This document shows positions 1 through 8,422 of a DNA stretch of 64,000 bases, piece by piece (the stretch's first letter is position 1; every line of letters starts with the position of its first letter). The DNA comes from a virus (Duplodnaviria; Heunggongvirae; Uroviricota; Caudoviricetes), in IMG/VR virus record IMGVR_UViG_3300025711_000006; one strand, 5' to 3'. Under the pieces are notes generated by a model. That model worked only from the letters and a program-made list of their open reading frames with translations. It was not told the DNA's origin and searched no databases. The position numbers and the translations under genes were made by a program.

Positions 1-1
1 T

Positions 2-148
2 GAAGGAATGGAGCTGTATACCGACAAGACAAATAAATGGGTTTATAAGTTCGGCGGAGTTGAGCTTACAAAAATCGTACTGCACACCTGCATTCCACCA
101 CGAGATATGTGTTACCTAATTAGCCGACTTCGCTCTAGCAAGGGATGA
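2..148 (+). CDS. hypothetical protein, 5' end outside window (partial)
   Basis: Open frame runs from window edge to TGA at 146-148, overlapping next ATG (ATGAgatATG). Confidence 0.3.
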   Translation, partial: EGMELYTDKTNKWVYKFGGVELTKIVLHTCIPPRDMCYLISRLRSSKG

Positions 149-151
149 GAT

Positions 152-385
152 ATGAAGTTTCAAGAATACACTAAGCTACGCAAAGAATACGAACGCCTTC
201 CAATTGAAGAGCGTCTGGCCCGAGCAGAGTTCCTGGCCAACTACTACCTAGGCATGCTTACTAACGATGCAAACCTAGTTGTTGATGCGACGAAACACTG
301 GCCACAGTTTGCTGAAATGCGGAGACAAGCACCTGTAATTGATGCCGGAGCAGTAACTATGGCTGAGGTGTTCTTTGCTCAGTGA
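152..385 (+). CDS. hypothetical protein (77 aa)
   Basis: ORF in tightly packed co-oriented operon; GGGATGAGAT upstream. Confidence 0.5.
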   Translation: MKFQEYTKLRKEYERLPIEERLARAEFLANYYLGMLTNDANLVVDATKHWPQFAEMRRQAPVIDAGAVTMAEVFFAQ

Positions 386-683
386 AGACTGGATTGCCAA
401 GCACCGCGAAATAAGCGAGGCCGCAAACAGGTGTATTAGCCTCACAACTGAAGCACCTCGGGGTAGCTCCAGCATCATACGGGCAGGGGCCGCTGAAGGG
501 ATATACCCCGAGCAACTAAACGCGACGGCATTTGTATATGCACCCAAGATAAAAGACATACCAGCTTTCCAGCGCCGGATGGGGCAAAAGAAACGTTTCG
601 ATAAGTGGTGCGAGAAGATGGGTTACTTCCCGCACTCAAAGTATTTTGAGGCTTGGATGGCAGCGCTGGAGCCCGACCAATGA
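375..683 (+). CDS. hypothetical protein (102 aa)
   Basis: ORF overlapping previous stop; co-oriented operon. Confidence 0.4.
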   Translation: MLSEDWIAKHREISEAANRCISLTTEAPRGSSSIIRAGAAEGIYPEQLNATAFVYAPKIKDIPAFQRRMGQKKRFDKWCEKMGYFPHSKYFEAWMAALEPDQ

Positions 684-925
684 GGGACTTGACAGTCGTC
701 CTATATCGTGGTGAGGACGCAGATTTAACCTTACCGATTCGCTTGCTCAAGGAAGAAAAAATCCGGTGGGTGGTCGAGGACGATGTTTCAGAAATGATAC
801 GCCTGGGAGGCCCTGAAGCGGGGGCTGAGCGTGCTTGGTACGCTTATTTCCCGGCTTTCCGACAAGGGGCAAGCAGATGGACGGAAATCTATAAAATCTT
901 GGACACTCGCGGTTTACTTCTGTGA
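653..925 (+). CDS. hypothetical protein (90 aa)
   Basis: ORF, co-oriented. Confidence 0.35.
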   Translation: MDGSAGARPMRDLTVVLYRGEDADLTLPIRLLKEEKIRWVVEDDVSEMIRLGGPEAGAERAWYAYFPAFRQGASRWTEIYKILDTRGLLL

Positions 926-1051
926 TAAAATCTCTTACACTTCCCCTCATAGTGGCACTTTGGGCCGCTGTAATAGCGACAGTGGTGCTGAGGGATTTAC
1001 CAACCCCAGCGTATATGGTCGATAAGACCGCCAAAGAGAAGAGATTAAGTA

Positions 1052-1465
1052 ATGGGCAGCAAAGTGCAAGAGGGCAGCAAGCCTCTGGCGACGAAAGTAC
1101 AGCTTCCGGCGTTGACCGATGAACTGGTGAGAAAAGTAAATTTCAACTCTCAGTTTGATTGGAGTCGGGCGTCACTGCATATCGTTCAAACTGAGTATCT
1201 AATCAAACGCACCTCTGCCTTTGAGATTGGGAAGTTGGTTGGGGTGAGTGACCACGCTGTCTTTCGAGCCCTTCGGCTAATGGGCATTGCTATACGCCCC
1301 ATCGGTAGACTATCGCACCTCACAGAAGAGCAGCGGGTACAGGTTGTGGAGCTACTGAAAAGGCGAACTCTTCAGCAAATAGCCAACCTGTTCTCTGTAG
1401 ACAAGTTCGTCATCTATCGGATTAGCCAGAAGGTGAAGCGCAATGCCCAGTTCCAAGTTCACTGA
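1052..1465 (+). CDS. DNA-binding protein with two tandem helix-turn-helix motifs
   Basis: 137 aa; two HTH-like segments (SAFEIGKLVGVSDHAVFRALR and RRTLQQIANLFSVDKFVIYRIS). Confidence 0.5.
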   Translation: MGSKVQEGSKPLATKVQLPALTDELVRKVNFNSQFDWSRASLHIVQTEYLIKRTSAFEIGKLVGVSDHAVFRALRLMGIAIRPIGRLSHLTEEQRVQVVELLKRRTLQQIANLFSVDKFVIYRISQKVKRNAQFQVH

Positions 1466-2063
1466 AGCACCGCCAAAGTGCCAATTGCATTCCCTGGGTT
1501 GCCAGGGCTTTTGCGATTCTGACCGCGAAGTCAAAGAAGAACTCTGCCAAAAGTGCCTGGAGCTGAAAGACGCCCGGTTCTCGGGCGCCAAGGGTGACGC
1601 TTGGCACTTCGGCTATACCAACTACCGGGGCGAGTACTCTGAGCGCCGCGCAACACCAATCCGCTTTGAGTTCACCCATACTGAGCATCACCCCGAAGAA
1701 CAGTGGATCATGTTCGCCATGGATCACGACAAGGGCTATCGTGCCTTTGCAATGGCTGATATGGTCCTGGGCAATAAGCCGATCTTGCCGGAAGTTCTGG
1801 CGGATATCGTGGAGGTCGAAAGCCGCTTCCCAGGAATCTCGGATGAAGCCGCACTCCGCATTGCCGTACTTGAGGCGATGGTGGCGGATATGGTCGTCGG
1901 TGGGGCGAAGGTAAGGCCGGACGAACAACAGTCCCTGGCCCTCTTTGCGGAGTGGTACGACTCTGTGCGTAGTAAGAAGCCATTCAGTACCGTGAATATG
2001 CGGACTGAGCGCCAGAATGCCTACTTGGCTGGCCTGAATAAGGGCATTGAGTTGAGTAAGTAA
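1443..2063 (+). CDS. hypothetical protein (206 aa)
   Basis: Protein-like composition; fits plus-strand operon; the antisense 267-aa ORF looks like codon-bias junk. Confidence 0.5.
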   Translation: MPSSKFTEAPPKCQLHSLGCQGFCDSDREVKEELCQKCLELKDARFSGAKGDAWHFGYTNYRGEYSERRATPIRFEFTHTEHHPEEQWIMFAMDHDKGYRAFAMADMVLGNKPILPEVLADIVEVESRFPGISDEAALRIAVLEAMVADMVVGGAKVRPDEQQSLALFAEWYDSVRSKKPFSTVNMRTERQNAYLAGLNKGIELSK

Positions 2064-2166
2064 GGAGAAGCAGGGCGTCGTAACTCTTCCCCCACGGATA
2101 GTTACGATAAGCACCCCGTGCGCGCCCTGCGATGGCATTTTACCATACAGCTTTGAGAGCCTGCTA

Positions 2167-2373
2167 GTGAATCGAGAGCGAAAAGCGTGGATCATTGATC
2201 GAGCAAGAGGATTCGCCCAGGGCATTCTTGAGAACGCGGAAGTGTTGTGGCAGGAATGGGCCGAGGACTTTACCGATGAAGAGCATAAGCTGTGCTGCGC
2301 AGAACTAATGAAGCTCTCAAAGAAGATCGGCAGTACACGAACCTTCGCCTCGGTGGAGAAATCCGATGATTGA
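2167..2373 (+). CDS. hypothetical protein (68 aa)
   Basis: ORF in operon. Confidence 0.4.
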   Translation: MNRERKAWIIDRARGFAQGILENAEVLWQEWAEDFTDEEHKLCCAELMKLSKKIGSTRTFASVEKSDD

Positions 2374-2560
2374 AGATCGCCGCCCAGCCTTTGAAACAGC
2401 CTACACTAAATGGCTCATAGAGCAACTGGTTGACCCTGAAAGCGTCCCTATTTTCTTAGAGCGCTCTAAGCGTACCGGCCATTACTACTCAGTGCAAGTA
2501 GAGAGTGCATGGTGGGGCTGGAACACTGGTCTAGACAATGATAAGTCCGTAAGCGAGTAA
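2366..2560 (+). CDS. hypothetical protein (64 aa)
   Basis: ATGA start-stop overlap with previous gene. Confidence 0.4.
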   Translation: MIEDRRPAFETAYTKWLIEQLVDPESVPIFLERSKRTGHYYSVQVESAWWGWNTGLDNDKSVSE

Positions 2561-2564
2561 TGTA

Positions 2565-2774
2565 ATGTCGTTAGCTGCAAACCTCAAGCGTCACCGTACT
2601 GCCCTGGGCCTCACCCAGTTCGAATTGTCTGAGTTGTGCGAAGTAAGCTATACGCAGATCCAGCGTTATGAGCAGGGAAGAGCGGAGCCTAAGAAGGCCA
2701 CAGCGATACGCCTAGCAGTAGTGTTCGGTCTGACCGTTGAACAGCTAAAGGCTCCACAGGTGGAGGCAGCATGA
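2565..2774 (+). CDS. XRE-family helix-turn-helix transcriptional regulator (Cro/CI-like)
   Basis: 69 aa; motif LGLTQFELSELCEVSYTQIQRYEQG typical of HTH_XRE. Confidence 0.7.
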   Translation: MSLAANLKRHRTALGLTQFELSELCEVSYTQIQRYEQGRAEPKKATAIRLAVVFGLTVEQLKAPQVEAA

Positions 2775-3007
2775 GCAAAGTTATTGGCGTTAAGATGGAC
2801 ACGGGGGAAGTTATCTGGCATGCCCTGGGAGTTGTCTCCGACTACGACACAATGTGCGGCTTAGATGCAAACGACTCGGAAGCCGACACTTACGGCACAG
2901 TAGAGCCAAAGCGTGGCCAGAAGATCACTTGCGAGTCTTGCAAGTCTATCTGGGAACGTACTACAGCACTGAAGCTTCGTGCAACTGACTTCGATGTAGG
3001 TAACTGA
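2771..3007 (+). CDS. hypothetical protein (78 aa), Cys-containing
   Basis: ATGA overlap with previous gene; CGLD...CESC. Confidence 0.45.
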   Translation: MSKVIGVKMDTGEVIWHALGVVSDYDTMCGLDANDSEADTYGTVEPKRGQKITCESCKSIWERTTALKLRATDFDVGN

Positions 3008-3008
3008 G

Positions 3009-3296
3009 ATGGCTAAGAACCTCCCGCCGATCACTGAAGTCCAGGCTTGCCCCTATTGCGGCCACGATGAGTTTGCAATCAAGCAGAGCTATCAGGGCAG
3101 TGGGCTATACTACCGTCGAATGGATGGTTTCGAAGGGGCAGATAACACTGAGATGTACAACTGCCTCAGTAATAAGGTAGGAAAGCTCGCATACTGCGGA
3201 CAGTGCGAGAAGCCCATTGCTCGCTGGGATGAAGAAAAAGACCCCCAGCATTACAATAAGTTCAAAATCCACGACAAGTACGGCGCAGGAGACTAA
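3009..3296 (+). CDS. zinc-ribbon protein (95 aa)
   Basis: CPYCGHDEF ... CGQCEKP four-Cys arrangement. Confidence 0.5.
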   Translation: MAKNLPPITEVQACPYCGHDEFAIKQSYQGSGLYYRRMDGFEGADNTEMYNCLSNKVGKLAYCGQCEKPIARWDEEKDPQHYNKFKIHDKYGAGD

Positions 3297-3298
3297 AG

Positions 3299-3439
3299 AT
3301 GACTGTTGATGAACTTCGTGATGCGGTGCAACGCTTCTATGGTGATACTACCCGCTCCAGGGCAGAGACGAAGGAAGCACTTGAAGAGATCCTGGGCGAC
3401 ATTGAAAACATGATTGATAGTTTGGGCGATGACGACTAA
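3299..3439 (+). CDS. small acidic protein (46 aa), below ORF-track cutoff
   Basis: ATG 2 nt after previous stop (TAAAGATG); MTVDELRDAVQRFYGDTTRSRAETKEALEEILGDIENMIDSLGDDD. Confidence 0.3.
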   Translation: MTVDELRDAVQRFYGDTTRSRAETKEALEEILGDIENMIDSLGDDD

Positions 3440-3671
3440 CGCTGTGTTTAGTGTAGTCGATGACCATTACAACGTGAAGGTGTACTTTGTCCTCCACGAA
3501 CTATGTGTGGACAGGGCAGGGAAGGGTTTATTCATCGTGCCCGAGGGCGACGAAGCGCCCGCCCTAGCTACTGCTGCTGAGATTCGTAAAGCATTCCGTG
3601 AACGAGATGAAGTGAAGCTATCGGAGCGGGGTGATCGTGAATGGAAGTACAAGATGGTTCGTCACACTTGA
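3414..3671 (+). CDS. hypothetical protein (85 aa)
   Basis: ORF in operon. Confidence 0.4.
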   Translation: MIVWAMTTNAVFSVVDDHYNVKVYFVLHELCVDRAGKGLFIVPEGDEAPALATAAEIRKAFRERDEVKLSERGDREWKYKMVRHT

Positions 3672-3703
3672 TTAAGTAGCGTAACGGAAGACAGGAAGGC
3701 CAT

Positions 3704-4231
3704 ATGAATGCAGTAATGACTAATATTGACCCTCGTAAAATCCAAGCCGCCATCGAGGCCGCGAAGTGGCTTCCGCATGGGCCAGAAAGGGAGAATAGCC
3801 GCGAAGCAGACAAGTTCGTTATCCGGGCCTACGTGGAAATGTTCGAAGAACTGGGGCGCCTCGCTGGCCTTCAGCTCCGTAGCCGTAACTCTGAAGTGGT
3901 GATGGCTATCATTGACTCCATTGAAGGCCGTATTGGCTCAAGAAACGCACTAGATACACTGTGCCACTACCTGGGCGAAGAGCTGAGCACACAAGTGCTT
4001 GCTGTAGTCCCTGAGTTCAAGTTGTCCGACTGCTCCGAAGAAGACCGGTTTGTTGTCCGCTACCCTTTGGAAGTACGTGACGCCATGTTCCAGGCGGCTG
4101 AGAAAGAGGGGGCTGAGAGCGGTATTGCCTGGTTAGTAGGAACGCTACTATACTGGATCAATGCGCAGCGTAAGAAATACGCGCTTTACAGAGCACTCTC
4201 TGTAATCAACAGCTCTATCGAAGGGGAGTAA
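3704..4231 (+). CDS. hypothetical protein (175 aa)
   Basis: AGGAAGG upstream; protein-like. Confidence 0.5.
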   Translation: MNAVMTNIDPRKIQAAIEAAKWLPHGPERENSREADKFVIRAYVEMFEELGRLAGLQLRSRNSEVVMAIIDSIEGRIGSRNALDTLCHYLGEELSTQVLAVVPEFKLSDCSEEDRFVVRYPLEVRDAMFQAAEKEGAESGIAWLVGTLLYWINAQRKKYALYRALSVINSSIEGE

Positions 4232-4235
4232 GCAA

Positions 4236-4832
4236 GTGGAATTGATCCCAGCAGAGCAGTTGCCCGCTTTTCGGGAAGAAACGAAGCGGCAAGCGGAGGC
4301 TAATTTTGCTCGGGTCAATTCCAAGATCGACTTGAACAAGTACACGGCTAAGTTTCACCGTATTGCTGGCCTAAATATCACCGCAAAGGCGAAGACTTTG
4401 CAGATGTGGGAGCTGGGCACCGAGATTAGCAAGGCAGTTACACCGTTTTCTGCCTGTAAGCAGGGCTGTAGCTACTGCTGCAACATAGCTGCGACCATCA
4501 CCACCACTGAAGCACGGATTATCGGCAAGTATGTTGGCCGTAAGCCCCTGGTATTGACTAAGCGGGTAGATATCTTTGGCAACATACCCAAGTATTCCGG
4601 TACTCCCTGCCCATTTTTGAAACAGGGCCGGTGCAGCATCTATGAGGTTAGGCCACTGGCCTGCCGGATACACTTCAACTTGGCTGATTCGCCCTATTTC
4701 TGCAATACGGCTATCCCGTCTAAAGAGAGCTACGTGCCGCAACTGGACAACGATAGCATAGATGTTGCCCACTTTAAGGCTTTCAGCCAAGAGATATGGG
4801 CAGATATGCGGGACTTCTTCCCGCCGAAGTAA
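4236..4832 (+). CDS. CxxCxxCC-type putative Zn/Fe-chelating domain protein (YkgJ/UPF0153-like)
   Basis: 198 aa; CKQGCSYCC cluster plus downstream CPF...C..C. Confidence 0.45.
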   Translation: MELIPAEQLPAFREETKRQAEANFARVNSKIDLNKYTAKFHRIAGLNITAKAKTLQMWELGTEISKAVTPFSACKQGCSYCCNIAATITTTEARIIGKYVGRKPLVLTKRVDIFGNIPKYSGTPCPFLKQGRCSIYEVRPLACRIHFNLADSPYFCNTAIPSKESYVPQLDNDSIDVAHFKAFSQEIWADMRDFFPPK

Positions 4833-4836
4833 TTAA

Positions 4837-4863
4837 GGCCCGCCATCGAGCGGGCCTTTTTTA
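4837..4863 (+). terminator. rho-independent terminator
   Basis: GGCCCGCCATCGAGCGGGCC hairpin followed by T6. Confidence 0.7.
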
Positions 4864-4869
4864 TTGTAC

Positions 4870-4898
4870 TTGCGGTCTAAGTGCCATCACAGTACAAT
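4870..4898 (+). promoter_or_regulatory. sigma70-like promoter TTGCGG-N17-TACAAT
   Basis: Seen between the terminator and the 4928 gene; flanked by TTGTAC/GTACAA inverted repeat. Confidence 0.4.
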
Positions 4899-4927
4899 GC
4901 GGATTCCCCCACACTAAGGATTTCCAG

Positions 4928-5641
4928 ATGACTACTGGGAACACTCCAGGCGACTTCGAGAATGCCTACAGCGCCCTGGTTAACAGCACCGGTATCAGCG
5001 TAGTATCGCGGGCGACCGCCAATGCCCTGGTAGATCGTATGCTCCAGGGCAAAGAGAGCAGCCAAACCGCCTCGATCACCAAGCGTATTGCAGAGGCTGC
5101 TACTACCGGCAACACTGCCCTAATATTCAGTCTCACTGATGAGCTGAAGAAGATCAAGGACAGCGAGCAAGCCCGCAATGAGAAGCTGAAGGAGGTAGCT
5201 AGCGGCTACACCTTCACCGAGCTGCTGAGAGCCTATCCAGAGGATTACCGAGAACTGGTGCATGAGCTGGCCACCCTGGTACTCCAGACGAATGAAGAGG
5301 GGCTGGCCAAGGGCAAGAAGCGCAATTCCACCCCAGGTAATCGACCGTTCCGCGACACTGGTCCGCTGTACATTATCAGCCACGGCGGGAAGCATATCGA
5401 AGCCCGGAAGAACGTAGGTAGTCCGAAGCTCCCTGGAGCAGAGAAGGATTTCTATGAGTTCATGGGCCTGGAAGTATCGGAAGACGGCAAGCTGGTGAAC
5501 CCATCTTCGTTCACCAACATAAAGGGCGAGGTAGTGCCAACCAACTCCAAGAAGAACATCATTAATGATCTTCTGGCTGGCCACAAGTACTGGATTGATC
5601 GTGGCTTCCGCATCAAAGAGAAGCAGGTGCAGCCCGCTTAA
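4928..5641 (+). CDS. hypothetical protein (237 aa), insulated single-gene unit
   Basis: Listed ORF start at 4796 runs through a terminator; a Met at 4928 with AAGGA 9 nt upstream is more plausible. Confidence 0.5.
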   Translation: MTTGNTPGDFENAYSALVNSTGISVVSRATANALVDRMLQGKESSQTASITKRIAEAATTGNTALIFSLTDELKKIKDSEQARNEKLKEVASGYTFTELLRAYPEDYRELVHELATLVLQTNEEGLAKGKKRNSTPGNRPFRDTGPLYIISHGGKHIEARKNVGSPKLPGAEKDFYEFMGLEVSEDGKLVNPSSFTNIKGEVVPTNSKKNIINDLLAGHKYWIDRGFRIKEKQVQPA

Positions 5642-5648
5642 TAGAAAA

Positions 5649-5673
5649 GCCCCGCCATTGGCGGGGCTTTTTT
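5649..5673 (+). terminator. rho-independent terminator
   Basis: GCCCCGCCATTGGCGGGGC hairpin plus T6. Confidence 0.75.
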
Positions 5674-5822
5674 GTGTCTTTAAAAGACGGGGGTTTAGGG
5701 GTCCACCCGTCCCCAGGAGACGCTAATCTCCCAGTACCATTAGAGTGTTGAGTCCCTACTGGCTACCCATAAGGAAGGATGGGCAGATCCAATGTACCAC
5801 TAGGCGGTAATTGGTGCAATAG

Positions 5823-6092
5823 CTAGTTCATCCGAACGGTGCTGTAGCCCTTACCGATCATGCAATTCTGGTAGGCTTTCTGCTGCTTCATCTGGATATT
5901 GGCGCCCTCCATGAAGGTGCCACGGTACTCGAAGTCTGCGAACTGGACTTGTGCAGCAGCATTCTGGCACTTGGCGTCTTCTTGCGTGATCGTCTCCTGG
6001 GAGGCCCCAGGCTTGACCATCTCATACCTGGGGGTGGTGCAGCCAGCCAACAAGGCAACAGCCACACCAGCAACTAGCAAACGTCCTTTCAT
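5823..6092 (-). CDS. small lipoprotein (89 aa)
   Basis: Signal peptide with lipobox LLAGC. Confidence 0.65.
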   Translation of the reverse strand: MKGRLLVAGVAVALLAGCTTPRYEMVKPGASQETITQEDAKCQNAAAQVQFADFEYRGTFMEGANIQMKQQKAYQNCMIGKGYSTVRMN

Positions 6093-6155
6093 GCACTATG
6101 CTCCAGAGAATTTTGTTCTTCTAGGCGATAGTGCCACATTGATAGCAGAATGCAA

Positions 6156-6329
6156 GCGCTACTTGGGCCAGAATGTACGCTCTTCGTACTCTTCCACGGC
6201 AGTAGCAATAGCCAACAGCCGGTCGCTCTCGGGCGTGCCCAGGGGCGGGCACATCTCCATTAGCGTAGCGGCTTCCTCAAGAAACTTCCCGTGCTGGGAA
6301 TCGCTCTGGATAGTGATTGACTCAGACAT
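6156..6329 (-). CDS. small acidic protein (57 aa), below cutoff
   Basis: ATGTCTGA overlap with stop of upstream gene (translational coupling); MSESITIQSDSQHGKFLEEAATLMEMCPPLGTPESDRLLAIATAVEEYEERTFWPK. Confidence 0.3.
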
Positions 6330-6831
6330 AAGGTGCCCAGTGAGTAGGGTCTATCGGCTCACCATCGTTAGTGCTATCAACTTCAACCCAACCATTCTGG
6401 AAGGCTGCTGTACGGCCCCACTGGATACACCCGAACTGGTCGAAGTTGAACGCACGGATATAACTTCCATCAGTCGGGGCAGAGTCGATAGTGTTGTATT
6501 GGTGGGGGAAGGGCTTCGGTCTTGCCGATATCCACCCAGCGGGTTCATCATTCTGCGACTTCAATTTGTAGAAGGCCAGTAGCATATCAGTGAAGTTGCT
6601 TGGGTGGAAGCAGTAGCGCTTTTCTGCTGGACAATCACGGGTAACACCCAGACAGATGGCTTCAGTGAAGGCGAGCTTCATGATCCCGGCGTAGCTACCG
6701 TCTGGAAGTCTCTTTGCACCGATGTAAATGCCCTCATTCTCTTTGAGCATCCAGACTGTGAAATCGTCTTGCTGGTCCTTGGGCCGCATTAACTCCGCAA
6801 GGGTAATGCTTGGGTCGATATCTACTGCCAT
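6322..6831 (-). CDS. hypothetical protein (169 aa)
   Basis: ORF, protein-like. Confidence 0.55.
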   Translation of the reverse strand: MAVDIDPSITLAELMRPKDQQDDFTVWMLKENEGIYIGAKRLPDGSYAGIMKLAFTEAICLGVTRDCPAEKRYCFHPSNFTDMLLAFYKLKSQNDEPAGWISARPKPFPHQYNTIDSAPTDGSYIRAFNFDQFGCIQWGRTAAFQNGWVEVDSTNDGEPIDPTHWAPYV

Positions 6832-6833
6832 GA

Positions 6834-7187
6834 TTAGTTCTCAACTAGTGGGTAAGGTGGGGTGCCGAAGCGGGAATTAAGCAATCGGTGCAGTGCCTGT
6901 ATCTCTTCATCGTCACCGAGCAATACAACACGGGCTAGGCCAGTCTCAGGCATATGCTTGAAGAGCGGCTTAAAGGTTGGCGATGTAACGTGGCACTTCA
7001 AGGACTTGCTATAACGCACATGCCCAGGTGGGGCTATGGTCTGATACCAACCAAGATCCCGAGTGGCCTGGCCCCCCTCTAGACCGAAGCGGTCTGCATG
7101 CTCCTGCCTATTCACTTTACCGTAAGTAAGCAAGTGCCAGTCAATGCTTGCAAGGCGGGCTTGCTGGGCCAGCTTAATATCAGTCAT
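6834..7187 (-). CDS. hypothetical protein (117 aa)
   Basis: ORF. Confidence 0.5.
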   Translation of the reverse strand: MTDIKLAQQARLASIDWHLLTYGKVNRQEHADRFGLEGGQATRDLGWYQTIAPPGHVRYSKSLKCHVTSPTFKPLFKHMPETGLARVVLLGDDEEIQALHRLLNSRFGTPPYPLVEN

Positions 7188-7543
7188 GCCGTCATACTAC
7201 CTTTATCTTCGTGGTTGCTCCAGGCAATACCAACCCTGCCGCACATGATCTTGTGCCCACGCTCTGCTTCATCCCAGGTACAATAGCGGTCCATTCTTTC
7301 ATCGAACTTCCCGCCAAACACGATGGTTTCAAACAGTACGGGGGCACCTTCACCCCAGTGGTTGTGATCGAGGCCCAGGAAGACAGTAGACACGGTAACT
7401 TCCCCGTCCTGGGAGCGGGACTTTGCAACAATCCACTTCTCAGGCTCCATACGCTGCCGCGCAACCAGCAGAATATCTTGGGTGGCGATGGGCGTCTTAC
7501 CATCCGGGGCTAGGATGTAGAACAACTCTCCGGGGAATCGCAT
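7184..7543 (-). CDS. hypothetical protein (119 aa)
   Basis: ORF overlapping neighbour by 4 nt. Confidence 0.5.
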   Translation of the reverse strand: MRFPGELFYILAPDGKTPIATQDILLVARQRMEPEKWIVAKSRSQDGEVTVSTVFLGLDHNHWGEGAPVLFETIVFGGKFDERMDRYCTWDEAERGHKIMCGRVGIAWSNHEDKGSMTA

Positions 7544-7552
7544 CTCACCTCC

Positions 7553-7789
7553 TTACTCTATAACTGGATTCAAGGGACGCAGGCCGTGGTGCTTCAGGCC
7601 CCAATAGAGGGCGGTCATATCAGGGTGCTCTAGTCGAGCCTTAGCCACTGCATCCTGGCCCCGCTGGTCGTCCTCTACGTCAATCATGTACTCGACCACA
7701 TCGCTATTGCTGGGATCATTAGACCCCGTGGGGTACATCGCTACACAATACGTTCTCAATGCACTATCCCCTGGGCCAGCGTAGGCCAA
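7553..7789 (-). CDS. hypothetical protein (78 aa), paralog of next gene
   Basis: Shares pattern RTY.V ... DA..A....HPDM.A with the 7756-7974 product. Confidence 0.45.
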   Translation of the reverse strand: MAYAGPGDSALRTYCVAMYPTGSNDPSNSDVVEYMIDVEDDQRGQDAVAKARLEHPDMTALYWGLKHHGLRPLNPVIE

Positions 7790-7974
7790 CTACCTTCGGG
7801 TTTACCTCGACTCACCAACTTTGCATGCGTAGCCACCATGCCTGGGTGGGCCATCATGGCAGCGTGCATCGCATCATCTGCCCGCTGGTGTTCCTCAACT
7901 TCCCCTATGAAGGAAAGGGTCTTACTGCCTTGCTGGGCCCCCTGGCGTTGCAGGGTGACGCGGTATGTTCGCAC
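7756..7974 (-). CDS. hypothetical protein (72 aa), paralog of previous gene
   Basis: RADDAMHAAMMAHPGMVATH versus GQDAVAKARLEHPDMTALY. Confidence 0.45.
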   Translation of the reverse strand: MRTYRVTLQRQGAQQGSKTLSFIGEVEEHQRADDAMHAAMMAHPGMVATHAKLVSRGKPEGSWPTLAQGIVH

Positions 7975-8174
7975 TATCGCCTTACCTTAGCGTTACGGAG
8001 CAGATCGAGGTCACGGGTGTGCTCAGCGTGGAGCGATTCCCAGGACCGCAAGGAGAGCTGGATAGACAAGCTATCGGGGCTCTTCTCCAGCAGCTCTCTG
8101 TCACGGGCAATGAACTGACTGACCTGCACTAGCTGCCGCTCAAGCCAATCTATTCGCTCGGCTGTTGTTTGCAT
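7974..8174 (-). CDS. hypothetical coiled-coil protein (66 aa)
   Basis: ORF. Confidence 0.4.
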   Translation of the reverse strand: MQTTAERIDWLERQLVQVSQFIARDRELLEKSPDSLSIQLSLRSWESLHAEHTRDLDLLRNAKVRR

Positions 8175-8407
8175 GCCTGCCCCACCCGCTCGAAGTCTTC
8201 ATCGAAGAAGCACAGGTTAACCCTTTGGTCCGAGACATTTACGCCATCACGGTATATGTCGAAGTACACATACACCTCATCTTTGTTGGTGACGACCAGC
8301 TTATCAGTGGTGAGGATGAAGCCTATATCCCTCGCTCTCCACCAGTCATCACCACCAACCCTGTAGGTCTTACCAACTACGGCGGTCTGTGCCGTCCCTT
8401 TAGCCAT
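8150..8407 (-). CDS. hypothetical protein (85 aa)
   Basis: ORF immediately downstream of the integrase. Confidence 0.45.
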   Translation of the reverse strand: MAKGTAQTAVVGKTYRVGGDDWWRARDIGFILTTDKLVVTNKDEVYVYFDIYRDGVNVSDQRVNLCFFDEDFERVGQACKQQPSE

Positions 8408-8422
8408 ATTATCCCCGTGGGT

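Noticed and set aside
1422-2225. 267-aa minus-strand ORF overlapping plus-strand genes at 1443-2063
   Set aside because: Arg/His-rich and non-protein-like. The surrounding genes are all plus-strand with coupled starts and stops.
5899-6582. 227-aa plus-strand ORF spanning the lipoprotein and 169-aa genes
   Set aside because: It overlaps two better-supported minus-strand genes (lipobox signal peptide; coupled small ORF) and has no RBS.
8150-8407. 85-aa gene as an excisionase
   Set aside because: It lies downstream of int rather than upstream, and I see no recognisable HTH or winged-helix Xis motif; kept as hypothetical.
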